From positions 1-35,594 of the forward strand of contig DAHXLH010000215.1 in assembly GCA_027366115.1 (NCBI GenBank): DNA of 35,594 bases, written 5' to 3'. A program made the position numbers and the translations under genes. Source of the DNA: Phycisphaerales bacterium. GTDB lineage: Bacteria > Planctomycetota > Phycisphaerae > WQYP01. Below, piece by piece: positions 8,840 through 17,171 of the stretch. Within the stretch, counting starts at the first letter, position 1; every line of letters starts with the position of its first letter. A model generated the notes under the pieces. It searched no databases. It was not told where the DNA came from and saw nothing but the letters and a program-made list of their open reading frames with translations.

Positions 8840-9652
8840 ATGCCGCATCAACCATCAGGTAATCCTGCAGCTATGCCCGAACAAGATGTACTAGATGCAC
8901 GGGCGAAAGCGTGGCAGACTCGCCCATTGCTGCGGCTGGTGTATCACGGTTATTTCCAGTCCATGGCGGAGCAGTTTGTACGGCGATCGGTGGAGGGCGG
9001 AAAACCGCATGGCGTGGTGGTGGAAATTGGCGGGGGGGCTGGACACTTCAAAGCGTTTTATCCGGAAATGATCGTCACCGATCTGGTGCCGACGCGCCAT
9101 ATTGATTTGGCAGCCGATGCCTTGCACCTGCCGTTTGCGGACGGTAGCGTAGATAATCTGGTTATGCAGGATGTGCTGCACCATATTGCATATCCGCTAT
9201 CTTTTTTCTCCGAAGCAATCCGCATTTTATCTCCCGGTGGCCGCCTGGTGATGGTTGAACCATTTATTTCTCCCCTCTCACATGTACTATATAAGCTTTC
9301 GCATCCCGAGCCTGTCAATATGCGGGCAAAGATTTTCCGCGAGCCGGGGGATGCGTCGGGGGCTGATCCGGCGGCATTTGTCGGCAGTGGTGCGTTCGAC
9401 GCTAATCAGGCAATTCCGACTCTGCTGTTTTTTCGGTATGCTGAGAAATTTAACCGCCGATTTCCCAATTTGGTCATCCGCGAGCGTAAAGTTCACAGTA
9501 TGATTGCCTATCCCTTATCCGGGGGCTTTTCCAAACCCGTACTCCTGCCGATGATGGCGGTGCCCGCTGTGCGCGTGTTGGAAAATCTTCTCTCGCCACT
9601 GGCACCGTGGCTGGCATTTCGTATGCTTATTGCGCTGGAGAAGGTTCCCTGA
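8840..9652 (+). CDS. Class I SAM-dependent methyltransferase (Methyltransf_11-like)
   Basis: Motif I is VVVEIGGGAGHF. Downstream come LPFADGSVDNLVMQDVLHHI and ILSPGGRLVMVEP, typical of the small-molecule methyltransferase fold. Confidence 0.8.
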   Translation: MPHQPSGNPAAMPEQDVLDARAKAWQTRPLLRLVYHGYFQSMAEQFVRRSVEGGKPHGVVVEIGGGAGHFKAFYPEMIVTDLVPTRHIDLAADALHLPFADGSVDNLVMQDVLHHIAYPLSFFSEAIRILSPGGRLVMVEPFISPLSHVLYKLSHPEPVNMRAKIFREPGDASGADPAAFVGSGAFDANQAIPTLLFFRYAEKFNRRFPNLVIRERKVHSMIAYPLSGGFSKPVLLPMMAVPAVRVLENLLSPLAPWLAFRMLIALEKVP

Positions 9653-9731
9653 AAACCGACCTCGCGCCAACACGGGACACTCCGGCGGGAAAGCACTATA
9701 ATCGATTGGAGATGTTAATTCGGAGTTATCT

Positions 9732-10235
9732 GTGATTATTGACAGTACGGTTGAACCGGTTCTTCCACTTTTGCGGGCTGTAGGCAAGATCCCCAGTGGG
9801 TTATTTATTCTTGTGACAGGTGAAGGCCCGCAGTTATCGGCCATGCTGGTGTCATTTGTCCAGCAGTTAAGTTTTGAGCCGCTGTGCATTGGCGTGGCGA
9901 TTCACAAAGACCGGGAGATCGGTACCCGTATTGAAAAATCGGGCTTTTTTACCCTCAATATATGTTCCGCCGGGGATAAAGGACTGTTGCGCAAATACGC
10001 CCGCCAAGCCCTGACGGGAGACGCGGCATTGGCCGAGGTGAGGCACCACAAATTGCCGGACGGGGGGATCGTCCTGCCTGAAGCCTGCGGGTTTGTGCAT
10101 TGCCGATATTTTGCCCGCGTGAACTATCACTCCGATCATGAGTTGTTTATTGGCATAGCCCAGGATGGGGATCTGACCGCTGATTCTGTGGCCAAGCCGA
10201 TGATTCATACACGGCACGACGGCTCAAAGTATTAG
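9732..10235 (+). CDS. Flavin-reductase-like (FMN-binding split-barrel) domain protein
   Basis: 167 aa with a GTG start. IPSGLFILVTGEG...SAMLVSFVQQLSFEPLCIGVAI and HELFIGIAQDGDL resemble the flavin reductase-like domain pattern. Confidence 0.65.
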   Translation: MIIDSTVEPVLPLLRAVGKIPSGLFILVTGEGPQLSAMLVSFVQQLSFEPLCIGVAIHKDREIGTRIEKSGFFTLNICSAGDKGLLRKYARQALTGDAALAEVRHHKLPDGGIVLPEACGFVHCRYFARVNYHSDHELFIGIAQDGDLTADSVAKPMIHTRHDGSKY

Positions 10236-10251
10236 TTGAACTGCCCGTTGG

Positions 10252-11469
10252 ATGAATCACCTCAAGCCGACTGCCCCAACCGGACCGCTTGATTGTGGAC
10301 TTAAAACTCCTAAAATGCCATTTATGACAACCACGCAACTGCAACATCAATCGTGTCCATTGGAACTTGGCGACCCTGTCAATGCGGCGATACTCTCAGT
10401 ATCGGAAGATCGCATTCAGGGTTTTCACCGCAATCCATTGGGCGAAATCGCAAGGCTTTCCGGCATTCCCGTTCAACAGGTTGTTGAGCGCATCGCTGCG
10501 CTGTTACGCGCCGGCGTGATCCGCCGGGTGCGCCAGACGCTCCTGGCTACTAATTTGGCTGCAGGAGCGTTAGTGGCGTGGGAAATACCGGCGGCTAATT
10601 TGAGTTCCGGCTTCGATTATCTGTTTGAAAAAGATCCGTTTTCCGGGCATGTGGTGATTCGTTCCACCGACGGCGAAACCACCGGTTCCAAATATCGTCT
10701 GTGGACGACGCTGAAAGTACCGCAGGGCTTTTCGCTGGAAAAACATTGCAATTTTTTAATGAAAGCAATTGGGGCGGGGGCGTTCAAGATTATGCCGGCC
10801 AAACGGTTATTTGCGCTGGGCGTGGGGCACGTGCGGCGCCGCGGTATGCAGCCGGGCAGTAAATCAGATGTTCTCGCTGAAGTGCTGGAAACGAAAACCG
10901 TGGAGCTTTCTGATCTGCAATGGCAGGTGCTCACCGCTCTAAAACGCGAGTTTTCCCCGGAGGAATTGGTTGAGAATATATGGGAGGCTCGGGCCACCCA
11001 GGCGGGTGTAAGCTTGGAAGAGTTTTACACCGTTGCAGAGCAGTTGCATTCGCTGGGCGTAATTGGCCGCTTTTCAACCTTTCTGGAACATGTCAAGCCC
11101 TTGGCCACCGGAGAAAAAGTCACGCAATACAACGCGTTATTCCACTGGGCCGTTCCCCTTGGCAGAGAAATTGATGCCGGCCAGCAGGTGGGGCGGTTCC
11201 ATATTATGACCCATGCCTACTGGCGAGAAGGCGGGACAGAATTTGGAAATGTTAATATCATGGGCGTGGCCCACGGCAAAGATAAAAACCTGCTCCTGGC
11301 GCATAAGGCTGCGATGGATGCGCATTTGGCTTCCGTTGGAATTCCCGTTTCCTATACCAATGTTTTCTGGGGCGGTCGTAGCGAAATAAAGCCCAGCGAA
11401 ATTGTGCCGCAGGCCTATCTGGAGTGGTGCCGGGAACAGGGCATCGACCCCGACGCAATGCGGCTCTAA
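10252..11469 (+). CDS. Tandem AsnC/Lrp-like protein resembling fused siroheme decarboxylase subunits (AhbA-AhbB / NirD-NirL type)
   Basis: 405 aa containing two consecutive modules, each an HTH-like segment plus a C-terminal alpha/beta domain. Module 1: IARLSGIPVQQVVERIAALLRAGVIRRV ... GALVAWEIP ... SGHVVIRS ... YRLWTTLKVP. Module 2: VSLEEFYTVAEQLHSLGVIGRFSTF ... NALFHWAVP ... MTHAYWRE. The pattern matches the AhbAB/NirDLGH family by eye and was not confirmed by search. Confidence 0.5.
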   Translation: MNHLKPTAPTGPLDCGLKTPKMPFMTTTQLQHQSCPLELGDPVNAAILSVSEDRIQGFHRNPLGEIARLSGIPVQQVVERIAALLRAGVIRRVRQTLLATNLAAGALVAWEIPAANLSSGFDYLFEKDPFSGHVVIRSTDGETTGSKYRLWTTLKVPQGFSLEKHCNFLMKAIGAGAFKIMPAKRLFALGVGHVRRRGMQPGSKSDVLAEVLETKTVELSDLQWQVLTALKREFSPEELVENIWEARATQAGVSLEEFYTVAEQLHSLGVIGRFSTFLEHVKPLATGEKVTQYNALFHWAVPLGREIDAGQQVGRFHIMTHAYWREGGTEFGNVNIMGVAHGKDKNLLLAHKAAMDAHLASVGIPVSYTNVFWGGRSEIKPSEIVPQAYLEWCREQGIDPDAMRL

Positions 11470-11554
11470 TGGCTTGCGAATTCAGGCCTGTAAAATAACC
11501 CGCAATCAATACAGTCGCACCGGCGCAATCTGTTCCGGTCTTTTTCAGGAGTGA

Positions 11555-13462
11555 ATGATGCTGAAACGTCGGGATTTTATAAAGTTTGGCTTTCCAGTTG
11601 CAGCCGGACTTATGTTCGGACCTGAAAAGGGCTGGACCTCCGAAGCGGCGGGGCCATCGAATGACTACGTATTTAAAACGCCATTTTACCGGGTGGCCCT
11701 TTCGGCAACGGGCCCGGAAATTACGGCCATGAGTTTTGATTCTCTGGGCCACGGCGGTAAGCCGGTCAATCCCATCATCCCCGTTCCTGCTGCCGCAGAT
11801 CGGCAGACGTGGCATGTCGTAAAGACGTTGCATTCTGTAACTTATCGCCTGGTGCGACATGGCCAGATAACTAACGCGGGCTGGCGGTTTGATTTTCAAC
11901 CGCGCGGCATGAGAATCCGCTGTACCGTCGAGCCGGGAATTCAGCCCGACCCGCTGACGCTGAAGTTTGATCAGTACATCAATCACGTCACCTTGCTTGG
12001 CCGCATGAAGAAATCGCCTCAGGAAATGCTTTGTCCCTGCCTTTTGCATATGCCGGATATGGGAACTGCGAGCCTCACATGCAGCATGCCCAAGGCCGGT
12101 CTGGGCTATGATGCTCTGCGCTGGGTGGACGACCAGCAATATGTTAAAATCATATTCCCCGTCGCATCCGCACACCGCAACACGATTGACTACACGCTAG
12201 AGGTCACCTCCATATATCCGCACCTTCCGGGGATAGAAAAAGATCCTCGTTTTGACGGTTTTCGCCGAAACTTTTTGAATATTTTTCAGATCAACCCGCG
12301 TTTGCGGGCGCTGGCGAACAACGCCTCCAGTGACACTTGCGCCTTTACCGTGTATGAGTACGCGATGGTGGCGGCTCAATGCCCGCCGCTGGCTCGCGGA
12401 TTGACCGCCCTGGATATTCTCCGCGATACACTTGACCGTTATTGTGACGGTATGGTGGCCTACGGCATGGTCGGATATGGAGCCAATTATGACGGTGCCA
12501 AGACCGGCATCTGGCGATCTCCATTCGACGCGCTGGATTCTCTGCCTTCACTAATTATTGCGGCCTGTACCTATATATCCTCATCGGGAGACTGGCGATG
12601 GGCCCGCAGGCGTTTTGCCGTGCTCGACGGATGGGGACGTAAAATGATGCAATCGGACACCAATCATAATGGTCTGATCAAATACCCCATGAGCGGCAAC
12701 CACGGCTGCTACTCGACGGGTCATCCCTACCGTCCCAGCAACTGGTGGGACACCATCGGGTTTGGTCATGAGGACGCCTATGCCAATGCTCTGGCCTATC
12801 GCGCCTGTGCCATGCTGGCGCATGTGTCGGATCATATCGGCCGCACCTCAAGGGCGGATTTCTTCCATACCAGCGCCCGTAAACTCCGCAGCGTTTATTA
12901 TCACACCTTCATCAATCCGCAGACGGGCCTGCTGGCTGGATGGAAAAGTGCCGACGGAGAATTGCATGATTATCAGTTTCTCTTTGTCAATTCCGTTGCG
13001 GTATGTTTCGGCCTTCTGGATGACAGCGAAGCTCGCGCCGTCATGAAACAACTGCTTAAGAAAATAAAGGTCGCCGGATACTCCAACTTTCGGCTTGGAC
13101 TGCCGGGCAATCTGATACCCGTACCGGTCGAAGACTACTTTCGCAGTCCCCGCCGTTTTGGTGGAGGCGGGGCGAAGGGATTTCAAATCTACGAAAACGG
13201 CGGCGCTACTGCCTGCTTCAGTTATTTTACCGTCGAAGCCCTTTTCCGCACGGGCTTAACAGTGGAAGCCAGAAATATTCTCTACCCCATGCTGGAGAGT
13301 TTCAAAGATGGATCATTTTCCGGCAAAGGCGCCGATGGAATGACGCGGGACTGGAAAACCTGGAGCGGCAAGTGTTACGGTTACGAGGGATTTCTGGTTG
13401 ATGGATATCTGGCTCTTCTGGCCGTGCTTACCGACCGTCATGCCGCCGGAGCCAAAACGTGA
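11555..13462 (+). CDS. Tat-exported protein of unassigned family with a probable (alpha/alpha)6 six-hairpin glycosidase-like C-terminal domain
   Basis: 635 aa with AGGAG upstream and a twin-arginine signal MMLKRRDFIKFGFPVAAG. The C-terminal half shows helical-repeat motifs of six-hairpin glycosidases (NWWDTIGFGHEDAYANALAYRACAML; ENGGATACFSYFTVEALFRTGL). The family was not identified. Confidence 0.55.
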   Translation: MMLKRRDFIKFGFPVAAGLMFGPEKGWTSEAAGPSNDYVFKTPFYRVALSATGPEITAMSFDSLGHGGKPVNPIIPVPAAADRQTWHVVKTLHSVTYRLVRHGQITNAGWRFDFQPRGMRIRCTVEPGIQPDPLTLKFDQYINHVTLLGRMKKSPQEMLCPCLLHMPDMGTASLTCSMPKAGLGYDALRWVDDQQYVKIIFPVASAHRNTIDYTLEVTSIYPHLPGIEKDPRFDGFRRNFLNIFQINPRLRALANNASSDTCAFTVYEYAMVAAQCPPLARGLTALDILRDTLDRYCDGMVAYGMVGYGANYDGAKTGIWRSPFDALDSLPSLIIAACTYISSSGDWRWARRRFAVLDGWGRKMMQSDTNHNGLIKYPMSGNHGCYSTGHPYRPSNWWDTIGFGHEDAYANALAYRACAMLAHVSDHIGRTSRADFFHTSARKLRSVYYHTFINPQTGLLAGWKSADGELHDYQFLFVNSVAVCFGLLDDSEARAVMKQLLKKIKVAGYSNFRLGLPGNLIPVPVEDYFRSPRRFGGGGAKGFQIYENGGATACFSYFTVEALFRTGLTVEARNILYPMLESFKDGSFSGKGADGMTRDWKTWSGKCYGYEGFLVDGYLALLAVLTDRHAAGAKT

Positions 13463-13913
13463 TTTGCGGCCATTCGTCGACATCGACAATTATTACGCTC
13501 TTTCATCTTGGCTGTTGATATGCGGAAAATTCAATACTGATTGCCGGTTTAGGGGGGCTGTGGCATGGTGTTTGCATTCATTGCTTTTAACCACTCCCAC
13601 CGGAATTAAATCAGGTTATTTGTATAATTCTATTGGCATCCACGGCGTACCGATGCTAAAATGATTGGTTCGGATTTGGCTACCCCTTGATGAAGGGAGT
13701 CGCGGACTCCGACGGATTTTCATCGCGGAAGGTGAAAATTCAGAGAACCGGACCAGAATGATGCACCGGGCTTAATTGCGAGTTTTATTCTGCCGCATAA
13801 TGGGTTGTTGGTCCGATGAATGACATGGTGCGTATGGAAAGACGTATCGTGGAAATATTGATAATGTTATTGGCTTCTTGAGTTAATTGTAATTCGATGA
13901 AGACTTAATTGGG

Positions 13914-15788
13914 ATGCTCCGTCCATCTGTATTGGACGTTCAGGAGAACTTTGTGAGTCACGTCACCCATTCGCAGGTACAACCGCCCGCTGCGGTCAGC
14001 ACGGTTCCATTGGCCAACGCCAGTGCTAATATTCAATTGCTAATAGAAAAAGGAAAATCGCAAGGTTATCTAACCTACGAAGAGCTTAATGAACTTTTGC
14101 CGGATGATGCCATTGCCCCCGACCGTCTTGATGCGCTGATGCAACGCTTTGATGAAATGGGTGTGGAACTGCTTGATGAAGCGGAGGGAAATAAACACAT
14201 TGCCGCCCCTGCCGCGGATGATCCCGACGAATCGCTGATGCGCGAGGCCGAGGAAGAAATCAACTCCATCAAGGATGAAGATGAGGTTGCCGAGGTTGGC
14301 TCCAAGCGCATTGACGACCCCGTGCGAATGTATCTGACTCAGATGGGTGAAATTCCGCTTCTGACACGGGATGAGGAAATCCGTCTGGCCAAGAAGATCG
14401 AGTTAACCCGCATGGCCTTCCGCCGCAAGGTGCTCGAGAGCGATTACTGCATTCAAAGTGCGGTAGACATCCTGGCGCAGGTTGAGTCTGGTGAACTACC
14501 TTTCGACCGCACCATGCGTATTTCCACCGCTGAAGTGGATGCCAAGGGAACCATCAGCAAACGCATTCCCCAGAATCTGGGCACCATTCGCAAAATTCTG
14601 GTCCAGAATCGTGATGAATGGGATAAAATCCAGGAGGCGTCCTCTACGGAATCCATCAAAGAGGAAATCCGCCGCCGGATGCGTAATCGGCGTCGCAAAG
14701 CTGTCACGCTGCTGGAAGAGCTTTCGCTCCGCACCAGCAAAGTTATTCCGCTGATGAAAAAACTCCAGTCCATCAGCACCAAGCTGACGGAACTGCATCT
14801 GGAACTGCGCAGCAAAACTGCTCGGCTTTCTGAAGATGATCGGCAAGCCATGACCGATGAATACATGGGCCTGATGGATCTGGTACTGGAAGACGCTGAG
14901 GCACTGCAACGGCGCTGTCAGAGTATTCAGTTGGTATTTAATGAATACGAAGACGCCAAACGTAAACTTTCCGGCGGCAACCTTCGATTGGTGGTATCGA
15001 TCGCGAAGAAATACCGGAACCGCGGCTTGTCCTTTCTGGATATTATCCAGGAAGGCAACACCGGTCTGATGCGGGCCGTTGACAAATATGAATATCGACG
15101 CGGTTACAAATTCAGTACCTACGCCACCTGGTGGATTCGTCAGGCGATTACCCGTGCCATCGCGGATCATGCCCGTACCATCCGTATTCCGGTACACATG
15201 ATTGAAACCATGTCCAAGTTGCGCAATATCAGCAAAAAGCTGCTCCAAGACCTGGGCCGGGAGCCAACCATTGAAGAAATTTCAAAGGAAGCCAAAATGC
15301 CGGTAACCGAATGCCGGCGCGTCCTGAAAATCGCCCGGCACCCGATATCGCTGGATCGGCCGGTCGGTGAATCTGAGGATTCTTATTTTGGCGACTTTAT
15401 TGAAGACGAGGCGGCGGAAAATCCCGTGGAAACCGCCACGCAGGAAATGTTGCGCGAACGTATTGATCAGGTCCTGAAAACCCTGACATACCGGGAGCGT
15501 GAAATTATTAAACTGCGCTATGGTATTGGGGATGGCTACACCTATACGCTGGAAGAAGTCGGGCGGATATTCAAAGTGACACGCGAACGCGTCCGTCAGG
15601 TAGAAGCCAAGGCCCTGCGCAAATTACAACATCCGGTACGCTCACGAAAACTTGAAGGTTTCCTGGATGGATCGATTTTGGCTACGCTGGGTGTCATTCC
15701 CCCTGGCGCACCGGCTGGATCTGAGGCTACTGAGGAAGATGCGGAGGCTTCAGTGGAAGGCGGCGATGCCGATAGTGATGATAAATAA
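13914..15788 (+). CDS. rpoD: Primary RNA polymerase sigma factor RpoD (sigma-70)
   Basis: Region 2 reads [73 protein letters not shown]. Region 4.2 reads [30 protein letters not shown]. An acidic region 1.1 is present. A likelier start is GTG 13953, preceded by AGGAGA (13942-13947). Confidence 0.95.
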   Translation: MLRPSVLDVQENFVSHVTHSQVQPPAAVSTVPLANASANIQLLIEKGKSQGYLTYEELNELLPDDAIAPDRLDALMQRFDEMGVELLDEAEGNKHIAAPAADDPDESLMREAEEEINSIKDEDEVAEVGSKRIDDPVRMYLTQMGEIPLLTRDEEIRLAKKIELTRMAFRRKVLESDYCIQSAVDILAQVESGELPFDRTMRISTAEVDAKGTISKRIPQNLGTIRKILVQNRDEWDKIQEASSTESIKEEIRRRMRNRRRKAVTLLEELSLRTSKVIPLMKKLQSISTKLTELHLELRSKTARLSEDDRQAMTDEYMGLMDLVLEDAEALQRRCQSIQLVFNEYEDAKRKLSGGNLRLVVSIAKKYRNRGLSFLDIIQEGNTGLMRAVDKYEYRRGYKFSTYATWWIRQAITRAIADHARTIRIPVHMIETMSKLRNISKKLLQDLGREPTIEEISKEAKMPVTECRRVLKIARHPISLDRPVGESEDSYFGDFIEDEAAENPVETATQEMLRERIDQVLKTLTYREREIIKLRYGIGDGYTYTLEEVGRIFKVTRERVRQVEAKALRKLQHPVRSRKLEGFLDGSILATLGVIPPGAPAGSEATEEDAEASVEGGDADSDDK

Positions 15789-16007
15789 ATAAACTCGGAC
15801 AGGCACCTGGGCACGGCAGCAGCCACGGTGATCCCTTCCGCTGTTTTAAGGACGCTTTAATTCCGTGCGCCCCAGTTATGGGTACTAAAAATTCTTGGCT
15901 GTCGGCATTTCTACCGATATAAGCATTGTGACCGCAGAGCGTGTTTAAAAACGTGGTCCGTGCGGCTTCTGGAAGCAGGCTCTGCCAGTATTTGAACGGA
16001 GGAGCCG

Positions 16008-16868
16008 GTGCTCTACGATCATGAGTCCTCAGCACATAATGATTTAACCACGCGGGACATGTGGCGGGTGTTTCGGATCATGGCTGAATTCGTGGAAGGC
16101 TTTGATGCCTTGGCTAACATCGGGCCGGCGGTGACCATTTTCGGATCAGCGCGAACGCCGCGCAAAGATCCCTATTACAAGAAAGCCCGACTCTTTGGCG
16201 CGATGCTGGCGCGAAAAAAATTTGCGGTCATTACGGGCGGCGGACCGGGAATCATGGAGGCCGCGAACTCCGGGGCGCACGACGCGGGTGGAGTTTCGGT
16301 GGGGCTTAACATCAGCTTGCCGCATGAACAACGCGCTAACCCCTATCAGACCATTACTTTGAACCACCACTATTTTTTCGTACGCAAGACGATGTTTATC
16401 AAATATTCCCACGCCGTGGTCTGCTTCCCCGGCGGCTACGGCACCATGGATGAATGTTTTGAAACACTCACGCTGATCCAGACGCTTAAAATTGATCCGC
16501 GCCCGGTGGTCCTGATAGGTAGAGACTACTGGCAGGGATTGATTGACTGGTTAAAGAAAACCATGCGCAATAAATTTCACACTATCGGCACCGAAGATCT
16601 TAAGCTATTTCGCCTGACTGATGATCCTGCCGAAGCTTGCGATATCATTGTCCAAGCTGAAGAGGGCCGGTGCTGGGAGCCGCCAACACCCACTTTTTCC
16701 GGAGTGAATCCTGCCCGGCGGATGAGTCCGGAGGGAACCCGGATGGGCGTGGCGCCCCGAGTCAGCGGCGAAAAAATCGCGCAGCCCCAACTTCCCGTGG
16801 AATTAAATCACCGCAAGCCGCGGAAAACATCACGGCGTGCGGCCAAGTTGTCGAAGGCGGAAAAATAA
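16008..16868 (+). CDS. LOG-family (TIGR00730-type) nucleotide phosphoribohydrolase-like protein
   Basis: VTIFGSARTP...AVITGGGPGIMEAANSGA...FFVRKTMFIKYSHAVVCFPGGYGTMDECFE includes the LOG signature PGGxGTxxE. The start is uncertain: GTG 16008 or ATG 16059. The C-terminal ~64 aa are a basic, low-complexity extension. Confidence 0.85.
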   Translation: MLYDHESSAHNDLTTRDMWRVFRIMAEFVEGFDALANIGPAVTIFGSARTPRKDPYYKKARLFGAMLARKKFAVITGGGPGIMEAANSGAHDAGGVSVGLNISLPHEQRANPYQTITLNHHYFFVRKTMFIKYSHAVVCFPGGYGTMDECFETLTLIQTLKIDPRPVVLIGRDYWQGLIDWLKKTMRNKFHTIGTEDLKLFRLTDDPAEACDIIVQAEEGRCWEPPTPTFSGVNPARRMSPEGTRMGVAPRVSGEKIAQPQLPVELNHRKPRKTSRRAAKLSKAEK

Positions 16869-17142
16869 TCTCCCGTTTGGCGGGAGGTCTTTAACATATC
16901 TGGAAGTGCACAGAAACTCCTTGTGAATTTTGCCGCTGCGGTAGGCCGACTGCCTCCACCGTGAGCCAATGGAAACTCCTTTTAATTCTTATTTGTGAAA
17001 AAATTTGGAAACTGAGCGCCTGATCATAAAGCGTCTTGGGTGCCTGGGGATTCTGGCTGGCAAATTAAAAATACGTAAAGAGCGATTAAAAAAGCGCAAA
17101 GTTAAAATAAATTAACGGAAATATGCATTTCTGTTGCGATGC

Positions 17143-17171
17143 TTGTAAATTTGCGTTTTTTTAGGTATATT
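17143..17171 (+). promoter_or_regulatory. Candidate sigma-70 promoter abutting the folC ORF
   Basis: TTGTAA (17143-17148), a 17-nt spacer and TATATT (17166-17171) sit in an AT-rich 300-bp spacer. The predicted start site falls at about 17178-17180, on the first ATG (17180) of the folC ORF. Confidence 0.3.

Noticed and set aside
11258-12175. 305-aa minus-strand ORF spanning the junction of two plus-strand genes
   Set aside because: It is antisense to the 3' end of the AsnC-tandem gene and the 5' end of the 635-aa Tat-signal gene, both of which have recognisable motifs. Its translation is Arg/Gly/Cys/His-rich with no domain pattern. It is a typical shadow ORF of moderately GC-rich DNA.
13398-13664. 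88-aa plus-strand ORF overlapping the end of the 635-aa gene and running into the rpoD upstream region
   Set aside because: It starts inside the preceding gene in another frame, has no RBS and gives an unremarkable Cys/Leu-rich translation. It is probably non-coding.
13670-13780. GGTTCGGATTT and CGGAAGG...ACCGGACC strings that superficially recall a tRNA T-loop or the SRP RNA helix-8 GGAA tetraloop
   Set aside because: I could not fold a cloverleaf, since acceptor and anticodon arms are missing. The flanks of the GGAA loop lack the conserved symmetric and asymmetric loops of SRP RNA. I kept it only as unclassified structure in the rpoD leader finding.
14496-15248. 250-aa minus-strand ORF
   Set aside because: It is entirely antisense to the highly conserved regions 2-3 of rpoD. 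It has no motif and no RBS context, so it is a shadow ORF.
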